Part shown: in pieces, positions 10,222 through 23,100 of the stretch
Layout of the letters: every line of letters starts with the position of its first letter
Numbering within the stretch: the first letter of the stretch is position 1
From: Squalus acanthias
Lineage: Eukaryota
Direction of reading: 5' to 3'
NCBI GenBank assembly: GCA_030390025.1
Contig: CM059438.1
Location: 54,872,001-54,936,000 of the forward strand
Length of the DNA: 64,000 bases
The notes under the pieces: model-generated
The model's database searches: none
Seen by the model: the letters and a program-made list of their open reading frames with translations, nothing else
Told to the model about the DNA's origin: nothing
Translations under genes and position numbers: made by a program

Positions 10222-13200
10222 TATAGAATCTTCAGGCGAGACAGAGGGGGGTGTAAAAGAGGAGGGGGTGTCGCAATATTAATCAAGGAGTCAATTACTG
10301 CAGTAAGGAGGGATGATATCTGAGCATGTTCCTCTAATGAGGCCATATGGGTAGAACTTAAAAACAAAAAGGGGGCAAGCACTTTGCTGGGAGTGTACTA
10401 TAGGCCCCCAAACAGTCAGGGGGAGATAGAGGAACAGATATGTAGGCAAATCTCAGAGAAGTGTAGAAATAATAGGGTAATAATAGTAGGGGATTTCAAC
10501 TTCCCCAATATTAACTGGGATAGTCAAAGTGTGAAAGGCTTAGAGGGTGCGGAATTCTTAAAGTGCATCCAGGAGAGCTTTTTGAGCCAGCATGTAGAAA
10601 GTCCTACAAGAGAGGGGGCGGTACTGGACCTAATTCTAGGGAATGTAGCCGGGCAAGTGGTAGAAGTGTCAGTAGGAGAGCATTTTGGTGACAGTGAACA
10701 TAATTCGGTGAGATTTAAGGTAGTCATGGAAAAGGACAAAGATGGACTGGAAATAAAGGTTCTAAATTGGGGGAAGGCCAATTTTAATATGATAAGGTAG
10801 GATCTGGCCAAAGTGGACTGGGATCAGCTACTTTTAGGAAAATCCACATCAGAGCAGTGGGAGTCATTCAGAAAGGAAATAGAGAGAGTACAGCGCCAAC
10901 ATGTTCCCGTAAAGGTCAAGGGTGGGACCAACAAGTCCAGGGAACCCTGGATGTCAAGGGATATACAAGAATGGATTAGGAAAAAAAGGGAGGCTTTTGG
11001 CAGATACAAAGGACTAAAAACAGTGGAAGCCCTAGAGGAGTATAGAAAGTGCAGGGGGGTACTTAAAAAAGAAATTAGGAGAGCGAAAAGGGGGCATGAA
11101 AAAACACTGGCGGGCAAAATAAAGGAAAATCCCAAGGTGTTTTATAAGTATATTAAGGGCAAGAGGTTAACCAGGGAAAGAGCAAGGCCCATTAGGGACC
11201 AAAGTGGCAATCTGTGTGTAGAGCCGGAAGATGTAGATGAGGTTTTAAATGAATATTTTGCATCTTTGTTCACTATGGAGAGGGCGATGTAGGCATAGAA
11301 ATCAGGCAGGGGGATCGTGATATACTTGAACAAATTAGCATTGAGAGGGAGGAGGTACTAGTGGTTTTAGCGGGCTTAAAAGTGGATAAATCCCCAGGCT
11401 CAGACGAGATGTATCGCAGACTGCTGTGTGAGGCAAGGGAGGAGATTGCAGGGACTCTGACACAAATTTTCAGAACCTCTCTGGCCACAGGGGAGGTGCC
11501 AGAGGACTGGAGGACAGCTAATGTAGTACCATTATTCAAGAAGGGTAGTAGGGATAAAATAGGGAATTACAGGCCAGTGAGCCTAACATCAGTGGTAGGG
11601 AAATTATTGGAAAAAATTCTGAGGGACAGAATTAGTCTCCACTTGGAGAGGCAAGGATTAATCAAGGATAGTCAGCACGGCTTTGTCGGGGGAGATCATG
11701 TCTAACCAATTTGATTGAATTTTTCAAGGGGGTGACTAGATGTGTGGATGAGGGTAGTGCAGTTGATGTAGTCTACATGGACTTCAGTAAGGCTTTTGAC
11801 AAAGTCCCGCATGGGAGACTGGTCAAGAAGGTAAGAGCCCATGGGATCCAGGGCAATTTGGCACATTGGATCCAAAATTGGCTTAGTGGCAGGAGGCAGA
11901 GGGTGATGGTCGAAGGTTGTTTTTGTGACTGGAAGCCTATGTCCAGTGGTGTACCGCAGGGATTGGCGCTGGGTCCCTTGCTGTTTGTAGTGTACATTAA
12001 TGATTTAGATATGAATGTAGGAGGTATGATCAGTAAGTTCGCAGATGACACGAAAATTGGTGGAGTGATAAATAGCGAGGAGGGAAGCCTCAGGCCACAG
12101 GACGATATAGACGGGTTGGTCAGATGGGCAGAACAGTGGCAAATGGAATTTAACCCTGAAAAGTGTGAGGTGATGCATTTTGGGAGGACTAACAAGGCAA
12201 GGGAATACACAATGAATGGTAGGACCCTAGGAAGGACAGAGAATCAGAGGGACCTTGGTGTGCATGTACATAGATCCCTGAAGGTAGCAGGACCAGTAGA
12301 TAAGGTAGTTAAGAAAGCATATGGGATACTTGCCTTCATTAGCCGAGGCATAGAATATAAGAGCAGGGAGGTTATGATGGAGCTGTACAAAACGCTAGTT
12401 AGGCCACAGCTGAAATACTGTGTGCACTTCTGGTCGCTGTAAGATTCTCAAAATTCACAGATCCTAAGGAAAAAGACTTCGGACTCTTTTTCTAACTATT
12501 ACAGGTGGTGAAATGCATTGGGCTTAACCGAAGGACATTTTAGTGCAAAAACCGAGATTTGGTATTTTAAAAGACATGTCTGGACTTGTAAGGGAGAAAA
12601 GGCTGTAAAGGAAGGTGGGATCAACCTCTGTAAAGACAGTTTGGATATTGGAGTTAATGGGAACTGTCTGGGGAACCGCATGACCTCGCTTGGAGTTAAA
12701 TCGGCGCCTAGCAGACATTAACATCCTAACAATACCTGAGGAAAAACAGTCTCCACCCAAATTTACAGAGCCCATTAAAGACATGCATAAAACAGATTAC
12801 TTCGGCCTACTCTATAGAAATCCTAGACCCAGTCAAGAAACCCAAAACATGAGGACAATTCAACTACAATTAAACAACAGATCGACAGGATGGAGCTATC
12901 CCGAAACCACTTCACACATTTACAAACCAGTTACTGTTGACGAGCCCTCCAAAATCTTACAATGACCGGGATTTGATTTGGTGCACAGATAAGGAAGCTT
13001 CAATTAGTATAATTAAAGGACTGCTTTTCTCAAGTTCATGCAACAAGCAGGACAGCAGAAGCACAGGAGTCACACAGACAGGACAGCAGTTACACAAGAG
13101 CAAGCAGTCCGGCAGAAGGCAGTTCCACAGTTCTGCAAGAAGGCAGTTCAACAAGGCGAGGGGGCAACAGAAAGAAGTTCAACAAAGAAGGCCAGCAGCT

Positions 13201-13543
13201 CCAGAAGCAGGCCGACATGCAAGAAGAAACCAAAGCAACAGTTCCAGTGACCATCGGACACCTCGCGGCAACAAGGGCCTTACGAAACTTTTCACTTAAA
13301 AGACTCTAAACCCTATCTCTAACAGAGGAAAAGTGGGTACTCACCCGATAAATCCAATCCAGCAAACCCCGAAACTGCGAACCAGCTCAACTGTCAAGGA
13401 TTCGTTTGGTGAGCATTATCTCTGGTTCTCTAGAGTCCAACCTAGCTAGTGAAGTGGGATTGGGAGGGGTGAGGTATTCTTCTAATGTGATTTCCCTCGT
13501 ATGTACCGAAGTGTTCCCCATTTTATTAGTGTTAAGAGTGTTT

Positions 13544-15076
13544 GGGGTAAAAATTCAGTTGGTTGCGCCTCCCGTTAGCGCCTTAAGAGGGCGCTAATGG
13601 GGCGCAAAGCTGCTAACGCCCGGGCGCAGCGATGTTTGCGCCGCTCGGGAACTTAACTAGAGATTGTGCGGCGGCGCTAAACTTTACCGCTGCGACCACC
13701 TGCGCGCGCAGATTGTGACGTCATTCCATGGTGCAACGCCCTTGTGGCGCCCCGGAGCGGAAATTGAGTGGCGCCCCCTGCCTTACCGCCTGGCGCATCC
13801 AACGACCAGAAGACTGGAACGCTATCAATCGCTGTGGGGCTGGGGGGGGCGCTATTTAAAGGGGGCCTCTTCCTGTCTTTTATTGTTCGTGGCATTTTTG
13901 AACTACGCATTCTGAGAGAGAGAGGGAGAGACTTCTGGAGAGATTCAACGTTGTGTGAAGGAGTTTTGGGTACTGAGCAGCATAGAACATAGAACAGTAC
14001 AGCACAGTACAGGCCCTTTGGCCCTCGATGTTGTGCCGAGCATTGTCCGAGACCAAGATCAAGCTATCACACTCCCTATCACTCTGGTGTGCTCCATGTG
14101 CTTATCCAATAACCGCTTGAAAGTTCCTAAAGTGTCCGACTCCACTATCACAGCAGGCAGTCCATTCCACACCCCAACCACTCTCTGAGTAAAGAATCTA
14201 CCTCGGACATCCCTTCTATATCTCCCCTCATGCACCTTATAGTTATGCCCCCTTGTAACAGCTGCCTCTACCCGAGGAAATAATCTCTGAACATCCACTC
14301 TATCTATCCCCCTCATCATCTTATAAACCTCTATTAAGTCGCCTCTCATCCTCCTCCGCTCTAAAGAGAAAAGCCCCAACTCCCTCAATCTTTCCTCATA
14401 AGACCTCCCCCCCAAAGCAGGCAGCATCCTGGTAAATCTCCTTTGCACTCTTTCCAATGCTTCCACGTCCTTCCTATAGTGAGGTGACCAGAACTGCACA
14501 CAATATTCCAAATGTGGTCTCACCAAGGTCCTGTACAGTTGCAGCATAACCTCACGGTTCTTAAACTCAAACCCTCTGTTAATAAACGCCAACACACCAT
14601 AGGCCTTCTTTACTGCTCTATCCACTTGAGTGGCAACCTTCAGAGATCTGTGGATATGAACCCCCAGATCCCTCTGCTCCTCCACGTTCCTCAGAACCCT
14701 GCCTTGTATCGATTTAGTTCTTTCCAGCACATTTGATGTGCAAGTCTCTCCAGGCCGAGATTCAAGGCTGCAATGAACAGGATGTGGATGGAAAGCAAGA
14801 TTAACCATCCCCTTTAAGAACTGGCCCGTGCCATTGTGTGTGTGTTCCATTGCTGACTGACATTACATGAGCTTCGCCAGCGCTCTGAGTTAGCGCCTCA
14901 CTCCTTGGCCTTTGCGCCTTAAGACAGGTGTGCAGCGCCTGATTTAGCGCTCCACTCACCTCCCGGGGCGGTAAAAGTGAAGTTTCCAGTCAGTGCCGAT
15001 AATTAGCGGCAGGCGCTAATATTTGCGTCCAGACGATATTTGCGCCCCAAATGGGGCGCGACCTAATTTTTACCCC
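13544..15076. mobile_element. Non-autonomous PIF/Harbinger-type element (MITE) inside the solo LTR
   Basis: TIRs GGGGTAAAAATT ... AATTTTTACCCC, 3-bp TSD TTT; subterminal GCGCC motifs shared with 15760-16530. Confidence 0.8.
13981..14703 (-). mobile_element. 5'-truncated CR1 of the same subfamily as copy B, inside the MITE
   Basis: Reverse complement matches about 9494-10209 with only about 3 substitutions seen by eye; (TTCTATG)n tail. Confidence 0.95.
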
Positions 15077-15759
15077 TTTGTGTTGTGTTTTACTTTCTTA
15101 AATAAAGATCAAAGTTCTTGCATCAAAACCAGTTGTCTGCTGCACTTTTTATCACAACCCCCAAATAAATCCAAGGTCTAGAACCAAGGGAGTGGGAGCG
15201 ATTCGAACCGCTCAGAAGTCAGAGGTGAAGCTGACACAAGACACCACCCCCTACATCGCCACACTATAGGAGGGATGTGTTTGCATTGGAGAGGGTGCAG
15301 AGGAGATTCACCAGGATGTTACCTGGGCTGGAGCGTTTCAGCTATGAAGAGAGACTGGACAGGCTGAGGTTGTTTTTCTTAGAGCAGAGAAGGCTGATTG
15401 AGGTGTACAAAATTATGAGGGGCATAGATAGGGTAGATAGAAAGGAACTTTTCCCCTTAGTAGAGGGGTCAATAACCAGGGGGCATAGTTTCAAGGTAAG
15501 GGGCAGGAGGTTTAGAGGGGATTTGAGGAAAAACTTTTTCACCCAGAGGGTGGTTGGAATCTGGAACTCACTGCCTGAAAGGGTGGTAGAGGCAGGAACC
15601 CTCACAACATTCAAGAAGCATTTAGATGAGCACTTGAAACACCATAGCATACAAGGCTACGGACCAAGTGCTGGAAAATGGGATTAGAATAGATAGGGCT
15701 TGATGGCCGACGCGGACACGATGGGCCGAAGGGCCTCTTTCTGTGCTGTATAACTCTAT

Positions 15760-16530
15760 GGGGGAAAAATTCAGCTGCTTGCGCCTCCTGTTAGCGCCTT
15801 AAGAGGGCGCTAATGGGGCGTAAATCAGCTAACGCCCGGGCGCAGCGCCGCCCACGCCTCCCGAAAAATTCAGCGGGAGGTTAGCGGCGGCGGCAGCCGG
15901 TAGCGCCCTGTGGCGCTGCGCCGCCGGCGATGACATCATCGCCGTGCGCAGCACCCCGCTCGCGCCCCGGCCGTGATCTTCAGTCACGCCCCCTGATTTA
16001 CCGCCAGACGCTATGTCCGACGGGTTCAGGGAGGCGTACGTGCGGCCGGGGCGGCGATATTTAAAGGGGAGGTGGCAGGCGGCCATTTTTGTTGCTGGCC
16101 GCCTGCCAGCACCTGCCCCCGTTGCTGTCCCCGGCCCCGTGAAGCCCCCCCACCGTGAAGTGCCGGCTGCGCTCCAAGAGCCCGGCACTTCTCTGAGTGC
16201 CGGGCTCTTTTGCCGGCACTCCCGATCCCTGGGGGCCCAGCTGGGCCCCGGTTCGCGCTGCGCAGGGTCCCTCCCCTTTAAGAAGGGGAGGAAGGCCTGC
16301 AATACCGCGGCGCGACGTGCTGCAGCGCGTGGCGCTGCGGCACGTAGCGCCAGGATATTCCCTCGCAGCGCCCCAAGAGGGATGCGGGGTGCTTCCAGTG
16401 GCGCCCCGCTTCCCTCTTGGGGCGCAACCACTGAAGTTCCGGCGCGGGGCCGCTAATTTTTTCGGGGCGCTAAAAGTCGCGCCCCGGCGAGGTTAGCGCC
16501 CCAAATGGGGCGCGACTCAATTTTTACCCC
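15760..16530. mobile_element. CpG-rich PIF/Harbinger-type MITE inserted in the 3' microsatellite tail of CR1 copy A
   Basis: TIRs GGGGGAAAAATT ... AATTTTTACCCC; 3-bp TSD TAT; ends nearly identical to 13544-15076. Confidence 0.82.
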
Positions 16531-16541
16531 TATGACTCTAT

Positions 16542-17105
16542 AAACACTCCCAGGGTAGCTACAGCAAGGGTTAGATACAGAGTAAAGCTCCCTCTACACT
16601 GTCCCATCAAACACTCCCAGAGCAGGTTTTTCCAGACTGGAGTGAAGTATACAGTGGTGTCCCCCAGGGATTGGCATTAGGACCATTGCTCTTTTTGATA
16701 TATTAATGACCTGGACTTGGGTATACAGGACATAATTTCAAAGTTTGCTGATGAAACTCGGAAATGTCGTAAACAGTGAGGAGGATAGTAACAGACTTCA
16801 GGAGGACATCGACAGACTGGTGAAATGGGCAGACACATGGCAGATTAAATTTTATTGTAGAAAAGTGTGACATCGCTGCAGGAGTTCCTCAGGGCAGTGT
16901 CCTAGGCCCAACCATCTTCAGCTGCTTCATCAATGACCTTCCCTCCAACATAAGGTCAGAAATGGGGATGTTCGCTGATGACTGCACAGTGTTCAGTGCC
17001 ATTTGCAACTCCTCAGATAATGAAGCAGTCCATGCCCGCATGCAGCAAGACCTGGACGACATTCAGGCTTGGGCTGATAAGCAGCAGGTAACATTCGCGC
17101 CACAG
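16542..17105 (+). mobile_element. Mixed repeat fragments: short AAACACTCCCAG...GAGTAAAGCTCCCTCTAC repeat, a CR1 RT fragment (about 16628-16870) and an RT fragment of a second LINE family (about 16870-17105)
   Basis: GVPQG/FAD-like remnants, then [13 protein letters not shown]...GMFADD; the short repeat recurs inverted at about 35470-35530. Confidence 0.7.
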
Positions 17106-20100
17106 TCTCCTTCTTCCTTCCCAAGCCCCCATTCCCAGTCTCCCTCTCCCCGGAGACCCCATTCCCCAGGCTCCATCACTCTACCTTTGCCCAATACCCA
17201 GTCTCCATGTCTCCTGAGCCCCCATTCCCCAGTCTGGCTTTCTGCCCCGAGTCCCCAGTCTCCATCTCACTTCCCGAGCCCTCATTCCCCATCTAACCCC
17301 CTCCCCCCGAACCCCATTCCCCTGTCTCCCTCTCCTCCTCCCCCCCCATTCCCCAGTGCCCCGTCCACCCCAAGCTCCCATTCCCCAGTCATAACCTCTC
17401 TCTGAGCCCCCATTCGCCAGTCTCCCTCTCTCCCCCGAGTCTCCATGATCTCATGCCCGCTCTCTCCCCAGAGCCCAGATTCCCCAGTATCCCTCTCTCC
17501 TCCAGATCGCCCATCTCCCTCAGTCTCCCTCTCCTCCCGAGCCCCCATTCATAATCTCTCTCTGAGCCCCCATTTCCCACTCTCCCCCAATTCCTAGTCT
17601 CACTCTCCCTCCAAGCCCCCATTCCCAGCTCTCCACCTCCCAATACCACAGACTCCCTCTCTCCCCGAGCCCCCATTCCCCAGTCTCCCTCGAGCCCTCA
17701 TTCCCCAGTCTCCCTCGAGGCCCCATTCCCCAGTCTCCCAAGCCCCCATTCCCCAGTCTCCCTCGAGCCCCCATTCCCCAGTCTCCCTCTCTCTCCCAAG
17801 CCCCCATTCCCCAGTCTCCCTCGAGCCCCCATTCCCCAGTCTCCCTCGAGGCCCCATTCCCCAGTCTCCCAAGCCCCCATTCCCCAGTCTCCCTCGAGCC
17901 CCCATTCCCCAGTCTCCCTCTCTCTCACAAGCCCCCATTCCCCAGTCTCCCTCGAGCCCCCATTCCCCAGTCTCCCTCGAGCCCCCATTCCCGTCTCCCT
18001 CGAGCCCCCATTCCCCAGTCTCCCTCGAGCCCCCATTCCCCAGTCTCCCTCTAGCCCCCATTCCCCAGTCTCCCTCTAGCCCCCATTCCCCAGTCTCCCT
18101 CTCTCTCCCAAGCCCCCATTCCCCAGTCTCCCTCGAGCCCCCATTCCCCAGTCTCCCTTTCTCCCCAAGCCCCCATTCCCAGTTTCCCCAGTCTCCATCT
18201 CTCCCCACTTCCCTATTCCTCAGTCACCCTCTCTCCCTCAACCCCCATTCCCCGCTCTCCTCCCAAACCCCCATTCCCAATCTCCGTTTCCTCCCCGAGC
18301 CCCCATTCCCCAATCTCTGTCTCCCCGAGCCCCCATTCTTCATCTCTCCCCCCCGGAGTCTCCATTTTCTCTCTCAAACCCTCTCCCGAGCCCCATTGCC
18401 CAGTCTCCCTCTTTCCCCGAGCCCCCATTCCCCAGCTCTCTCCCCCGAGCCCCCATTCCCCAGCTCTCTCCCCCGAGCCCCCATTCCCCAGCTCTCTCCC
18501 CCGAGCCCCCATTCCCCAGCTCTCTCCCCCGAGCCCCCATTCCCCAGCTCTCTCCCCCGAGCCCCCATTCCCCAGCTCTCTCCCCCGAGCCCCCATTCCC
18601 CAGCTCTCTCCCCCGAGCCCCCATTCCCCAGCTCTCTCCCCCGAGCCCCCATTCCCCAGCTCTCTCCCCCGAGCCCCCATTCCCCAGCTCTCTCCCCCGA
18701 GCCCCCATTCCCCAGCTCTCTCCCCCGAGCCCCCATTCCCCAGCTCTCTCCCCCGAGCCCCCATTCCCCAGCTCTCTCCCCCGAGCCCCCATTCCCCAGC
18801 TCTCTCCCCGAGCCCCCATTCCCCAGCTCTCTCCCCCGAGCCCCCATTCCCCAGCTCTCTCCCCCGAGCCCCCATTCCCCAGCTCTCTCCCCCGAGCCCC
18901 CATTCCCCAGCTCTCTCCCCGAGCCCCCATTCCCCAGCTCTCTCCCCCGAGCCCCCATTCCCCCATTCCCCAGCTCTCTCCCCCGAGCCCCCATTCCCCA
19001 GCTCTCTCCCCCGAGCCCCCATCACTCCCCTCATTTATTCCCCAGTCTCAATTTCTCTCCCCAAGCCCAATTTCCCAGATTCCCTCTCTCGCCGAGCCAT
19101 CATTCCCAGTTTCCTGTCTCCTGAGCCCCCATCGCTCCCCAGTTCCCTATTCCTCAGTCACCCTCTCTTCCCGAGGCCCCATTCCCCAGTCTCCATCTTT
19201 CTCTCAAACCCAGATTTCCCAGTATCCCTCTATCCTCCAGAACCCCATCGCCCCTTGTCACCTCTCCCCCAGTCACCCTCTCCCCCGAGCCCCCATTCCC
19301 TAGTGCCCGTCCCCCCGAATTCCCATTCCCCAGTCTCCCTCTCTCCCCCGATTCCCCAGTCTCCCTCTCTCCCCCGATTCCCCACATTCCCCAGTCACCC
19401 TCCCCCACCGAGCCCCCATTCCCCAGTCTCCCACTCCCCAAGCCCTCACTCCCCAGTCCTCAATTCCCCAGTCTCCCACTCTCCTCCGATCCCCCATACC
19501 CCGTCTCCATCTCTATCCCGAGACCCCATTCCACAATCTCCAACTTCCCGAGCTGTCATTCCCCATTCTCCCTCTCTCCCCAGTCCCAATTCCCCAGTCT
19601 CCATCACTCTACCTTCCCCCAATTCAACAGGCTCCCGAGCCCCCATTCATAACCTCCCTCTCTCCCCTCCCCCATTCCCCACTCTCCGACCCCTCAATCC
19701 CAGACTCCCTCTCTCCCAAGCCCCCATTCCCCGCACTCCCCGACCCCTCCATCCCAGACTCCCTCTCTCACCAAGCCCGCTTCCCCAGTCTCCCTCTATC
19801 CCCCTCCCCCATTCCCCAGTCTCCCTCTCTCCCCCTCCCCCATACCCCAGTCTCCCTCTCTCCCCGAGCCCCCACTCCCCAGTCTCCCCCATACCCCAGT
19901 CTCCCTCTCTCCCCGAGCCCCCATTCCCCAGTCTCCCCCGAGCCCCCATTCCCCATCACTCCCCGAGCCACCATTCCCAGTTTCCCCAGTCTCCCTCTCT
20001 CCCCACTTCCCTATTCCTCAGTCACCCTCTCTCCTCCCGAGCCCCCATTCCCCAGTCTCCCTCTCCCCGAACCCCCATTCCCAATCTCCGTCTCCCCCAA

Positions 20101-23100
20101 CCCCCATTCTCCAGTCACCCTCTCCCCCCGAGCCCCCATTCCCCGCTCTCCTCCCCGAGCCCCCATTCCCCAATCTCTGTCTCCCCGAGCCCCCATTCCC
20201 CATCTGTCTCCCCGAGCCCCCATTCCCCATCTGTCTCCCCGAGCCCCCATTCCCCAATCTCTGTCTCCCCGAGCCCCCATTCCCCAATCTCTGTCTCCCC
20301 GAGCCCCCATTCCCCAATCTCTGTCTCCCCGAGCCCCCATTCCCCAATCTCTGTCTCCCCGAGCCCCCATTCCCCAATCTCTGTCTCCCCGAGCCCCCAT
20401 TCCCCAATCTCCGTCTCCCCGAGCCCCCATTCCCCAATCTCTGTCTCCCCGAGCCCCCATTCCCCAATCTCCGTCTCCCCGAGCCCCCATTCCCCAATCT
20501 CTGTCTCCCCGAGCCCCCATTCCCCAATCTCCGTCTCCCCGAGCCCCCATTCCCCAATCTCTGTCTCCCCGAGCCCCCATTCCCCAATCTCTGTCTCCCC
20601 GAGCCCCCATTCCCCAATCTCTGTCTCCCCGAGCCCCCATTCCCAAGTTTCCATCTCTCTCCCCGAGACCCCATTCCCCAATCTCTGTCTCCCCGAGCCC
20701 CCATTCCCCAATCTCTGTCTCCCCGAGCCCCCATTCCCAAGTTTCCATCTCTCTCCCCGAGCCCCCATTCCCCAATCTCTGTCTCCCCGAGCCCCCATTC
20801 CCCAATCTCTGTCTCCCCGAGCCCCCATTCCCCAATCTCTGTCTCCCCGAGCCCCCATTCCCCAATCTCTGTCTCCCCGAGCCCCCATTCCCCAATCTCC
20901 GTCTCCCCGAGCCCCCATTCCCCAATCTCTGTCTCCCCGAGCCCCCATTCCCCAGTCTCCAGCTCTCCCAGACCTCAATTCCCCAGTCACCCACTCTCCT
21001 CCGATCCCCCTTACCCCATCTCCATCTTTATCCCGTGCCCCCATTCCACAATCTCCAACTTCCTGAGCTGCCTTTCCCCAGGCTCCCTCTCCCCCCAGTC
21101 CCAGTTCCCCAGTCTCCATCACTCTACCTTCCCCCAATTCCCCAGGCTCCCGAACCCCCATTCATAGCCTCCCTCTCTCAGCCGAACCTCCATTCTCTGT
21201 CTCTCACCCCGAGCACCAATTCCCCACTCTCCCCCTCCCCTATTCCCCACTCTCCCGTTCTCCCCCGAACCCCCATTCCCTACTCTCCCGCATTCCCTGA
21301 CCCTTCCATCCCACACTCCCTCTCATCAAGCTCCCATTCCCCAGTCTCCATCTCTCCCAGAGCCCCCATTCCCCCCTCTCCCTCCCCGAGCCACCATTCC
21401 CCCCTCTCCCTCCCCGAGCCCCCGTTGCTGATTATCCATCTCTCTCCCTCCCCCATACTCCAGTCTCCCCATCTCTCCAGAGCCCCATTCCACATTCTAC
21501 CCCTCTTTCCGAGCCCTCATTCCCCAGTTTCCTGCTCTCCCACCAAGCTCCCATTCCCCATCTTTCTCCCAAGCCAATTCCCCAGTATCCCTCTCTCTTC
21601 CAGATCCCCATCGCCCTCTGTCACCTCTCCCCCGTCTCCCTCTCCCCCCGAGTTCCCATTCCCCAGACTCCCTCTTCCCCCGATCCCACATTTCCCAATC
21701 TCTCCGAGCCCACATTCCCCAATCTCTCCCCGAGCCCACATTCCCCAGTCTCTCCCCGAGCCCCCATTCCCCAGACTCCCTCTTCCCCCGATCCCACATT
21801 CCCCAGTCTCCGTCTCCCAGAGTCTCAATTCCCCAGTCTCACTCTCTCCCCGAGCCCACATTCCCCAGTCTCTCCCTGAGCCCCCATTCCCCAGACTCCC
21901 TCTTCCCCCGATCCCACATTCCCCAGTCTCCGTCTCCCAGAGTCTCAATTCCCCAGTCTCCCAATCTCCTCCGATCCCCCATACCCCGTCTCCATCTCTA
22001 TCCCGAGACCCCACTCCACAATCTCCAACTTCCCGAGCTGCCGTTCCCCATTCTCCCTCTCTCCCCAGTCCCAAATCCCCAGTCTCCATCACTCTACCTT
22101 CCCTCAATTCCACAGGCTCCCGAGCCCCCAGTCATAGCCTCCCTCTCTCCCCTCCCCCATTCTCTGACCCCTTCATCCCAGACTCCCCCTCTCTCCCGAG
22201 CCCCCATTCCCCAGTCATAATCTCTGAGTCCTCTATCCCAAGTTACCCTCTCTGCACCCAAACCCGCTTCCCCAGTCTCCATCTCTCCCCCTCCCCCATA
22301 CCCCAGTCTCCCCCTCTTCCCAAGCCCCCATTCCCCAGTATCCCTCTCTCCTCCAGATCGCCCATCTCCCTCTGTCCCCTCTCCCTCAGTCTCCCTCTCC
22401 TCCCGAGCCCCCATTCCCCAGTTATAATCTCTGAGCCCCCATTTCCCATCTCTCCCCCAATTCCCCCATTCCCGTCTCCATGTCTCCTCGAGACTCCATT
22501 CCCCAGTCTACCTCTTTCCCCCAACCCCCATTCCCCACTCTCCCTGACATCCCATTCCCTAGACTCCCGTTCTCCTCCCAAGTCCCCATGCCCCAGTCTC
22601 CACCTCACCACCTTCCCCCCTTCCCCAGTCTGCCACTCTCCTCGAGCCCCCATTTCCCACTCTCCCTCCAAGCCCCCATTCCTAGTCTCACTCTCCCTCC
22701 AAGCCCCCATTCCCGGCTCTCCATCTCTCCACCTCCCAATACCACAGACTCCCTCTCTCCCCGAGCCCCCATTCCCCAGTCTCCCTCTCTCCCCGAGCCC
22801 CCATTCCCCAGTCTCCCTCTCTCCCCGAGCCCCCATTCCCCAGTCTCCCTCTCTCCCCTCATTTATTCCCGTGTCTCAATTTCTCTCACCAAGCCCAATT
22901 TCCCAGTCTCCCTCTCCCCGAGCCACCATTCCCAGTTTCCCCCGTCTCCCAAGCCCCCATCTCTCCTCACTCCCCTATTCCTCAGTCACCCAGCTCCCCC
23001 AACCCCCATTCTCTGTCTCCCCGAGCCCCCATTCCCCAGTCTGCCGAAGCCCCCATTCCCCAGTCTTCATCTCTCCCCGAGCCCCCATTACCCATTTCAG

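Larger units (their letters stand above)
12438..15255 (+). mobile_element. Solo LTR (about 1.28 kb after removing nested inserts) in CR1 copy A
   Basis: Begins TGTAA, ends TACA, flanked by 4-bp TSD TCGC (12434-12437 and 15256-15259); AATAAA at 15101; no gag/pol coding seen. Confidence 0.8.
4567..16541 (+). mobile_element. CR1 LINE copy A: full-length, degenerate, interrupted by nested insertions (segments 4567-6061, 10222-12437, 15256-15759, 16531-16541)
   Basis: 5' UTR, ORF1 with esterase, then ORF2 EN/RT motifs (YFNARS, YRPP, GDFN, PQG, FADD, WNSLP) that read across each insertion (IPG|YRIFRRDR; FWS|PHYRRDV); internal stops and frameshifts; (ACTCTATG)n tail. Confidence 0.92.

Noticed and set aside
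12499..13299. Short ORFs inside the LTR as gag or accessory genes
   Set aside because: No recognisable motifs; consistent with noncoding LTR sequence.
15829..16496. GC-rich ORFs and possible host CpG-island promoter
   Set aside because: Lies wholly within a TIR- and TSD-bounded MITE.
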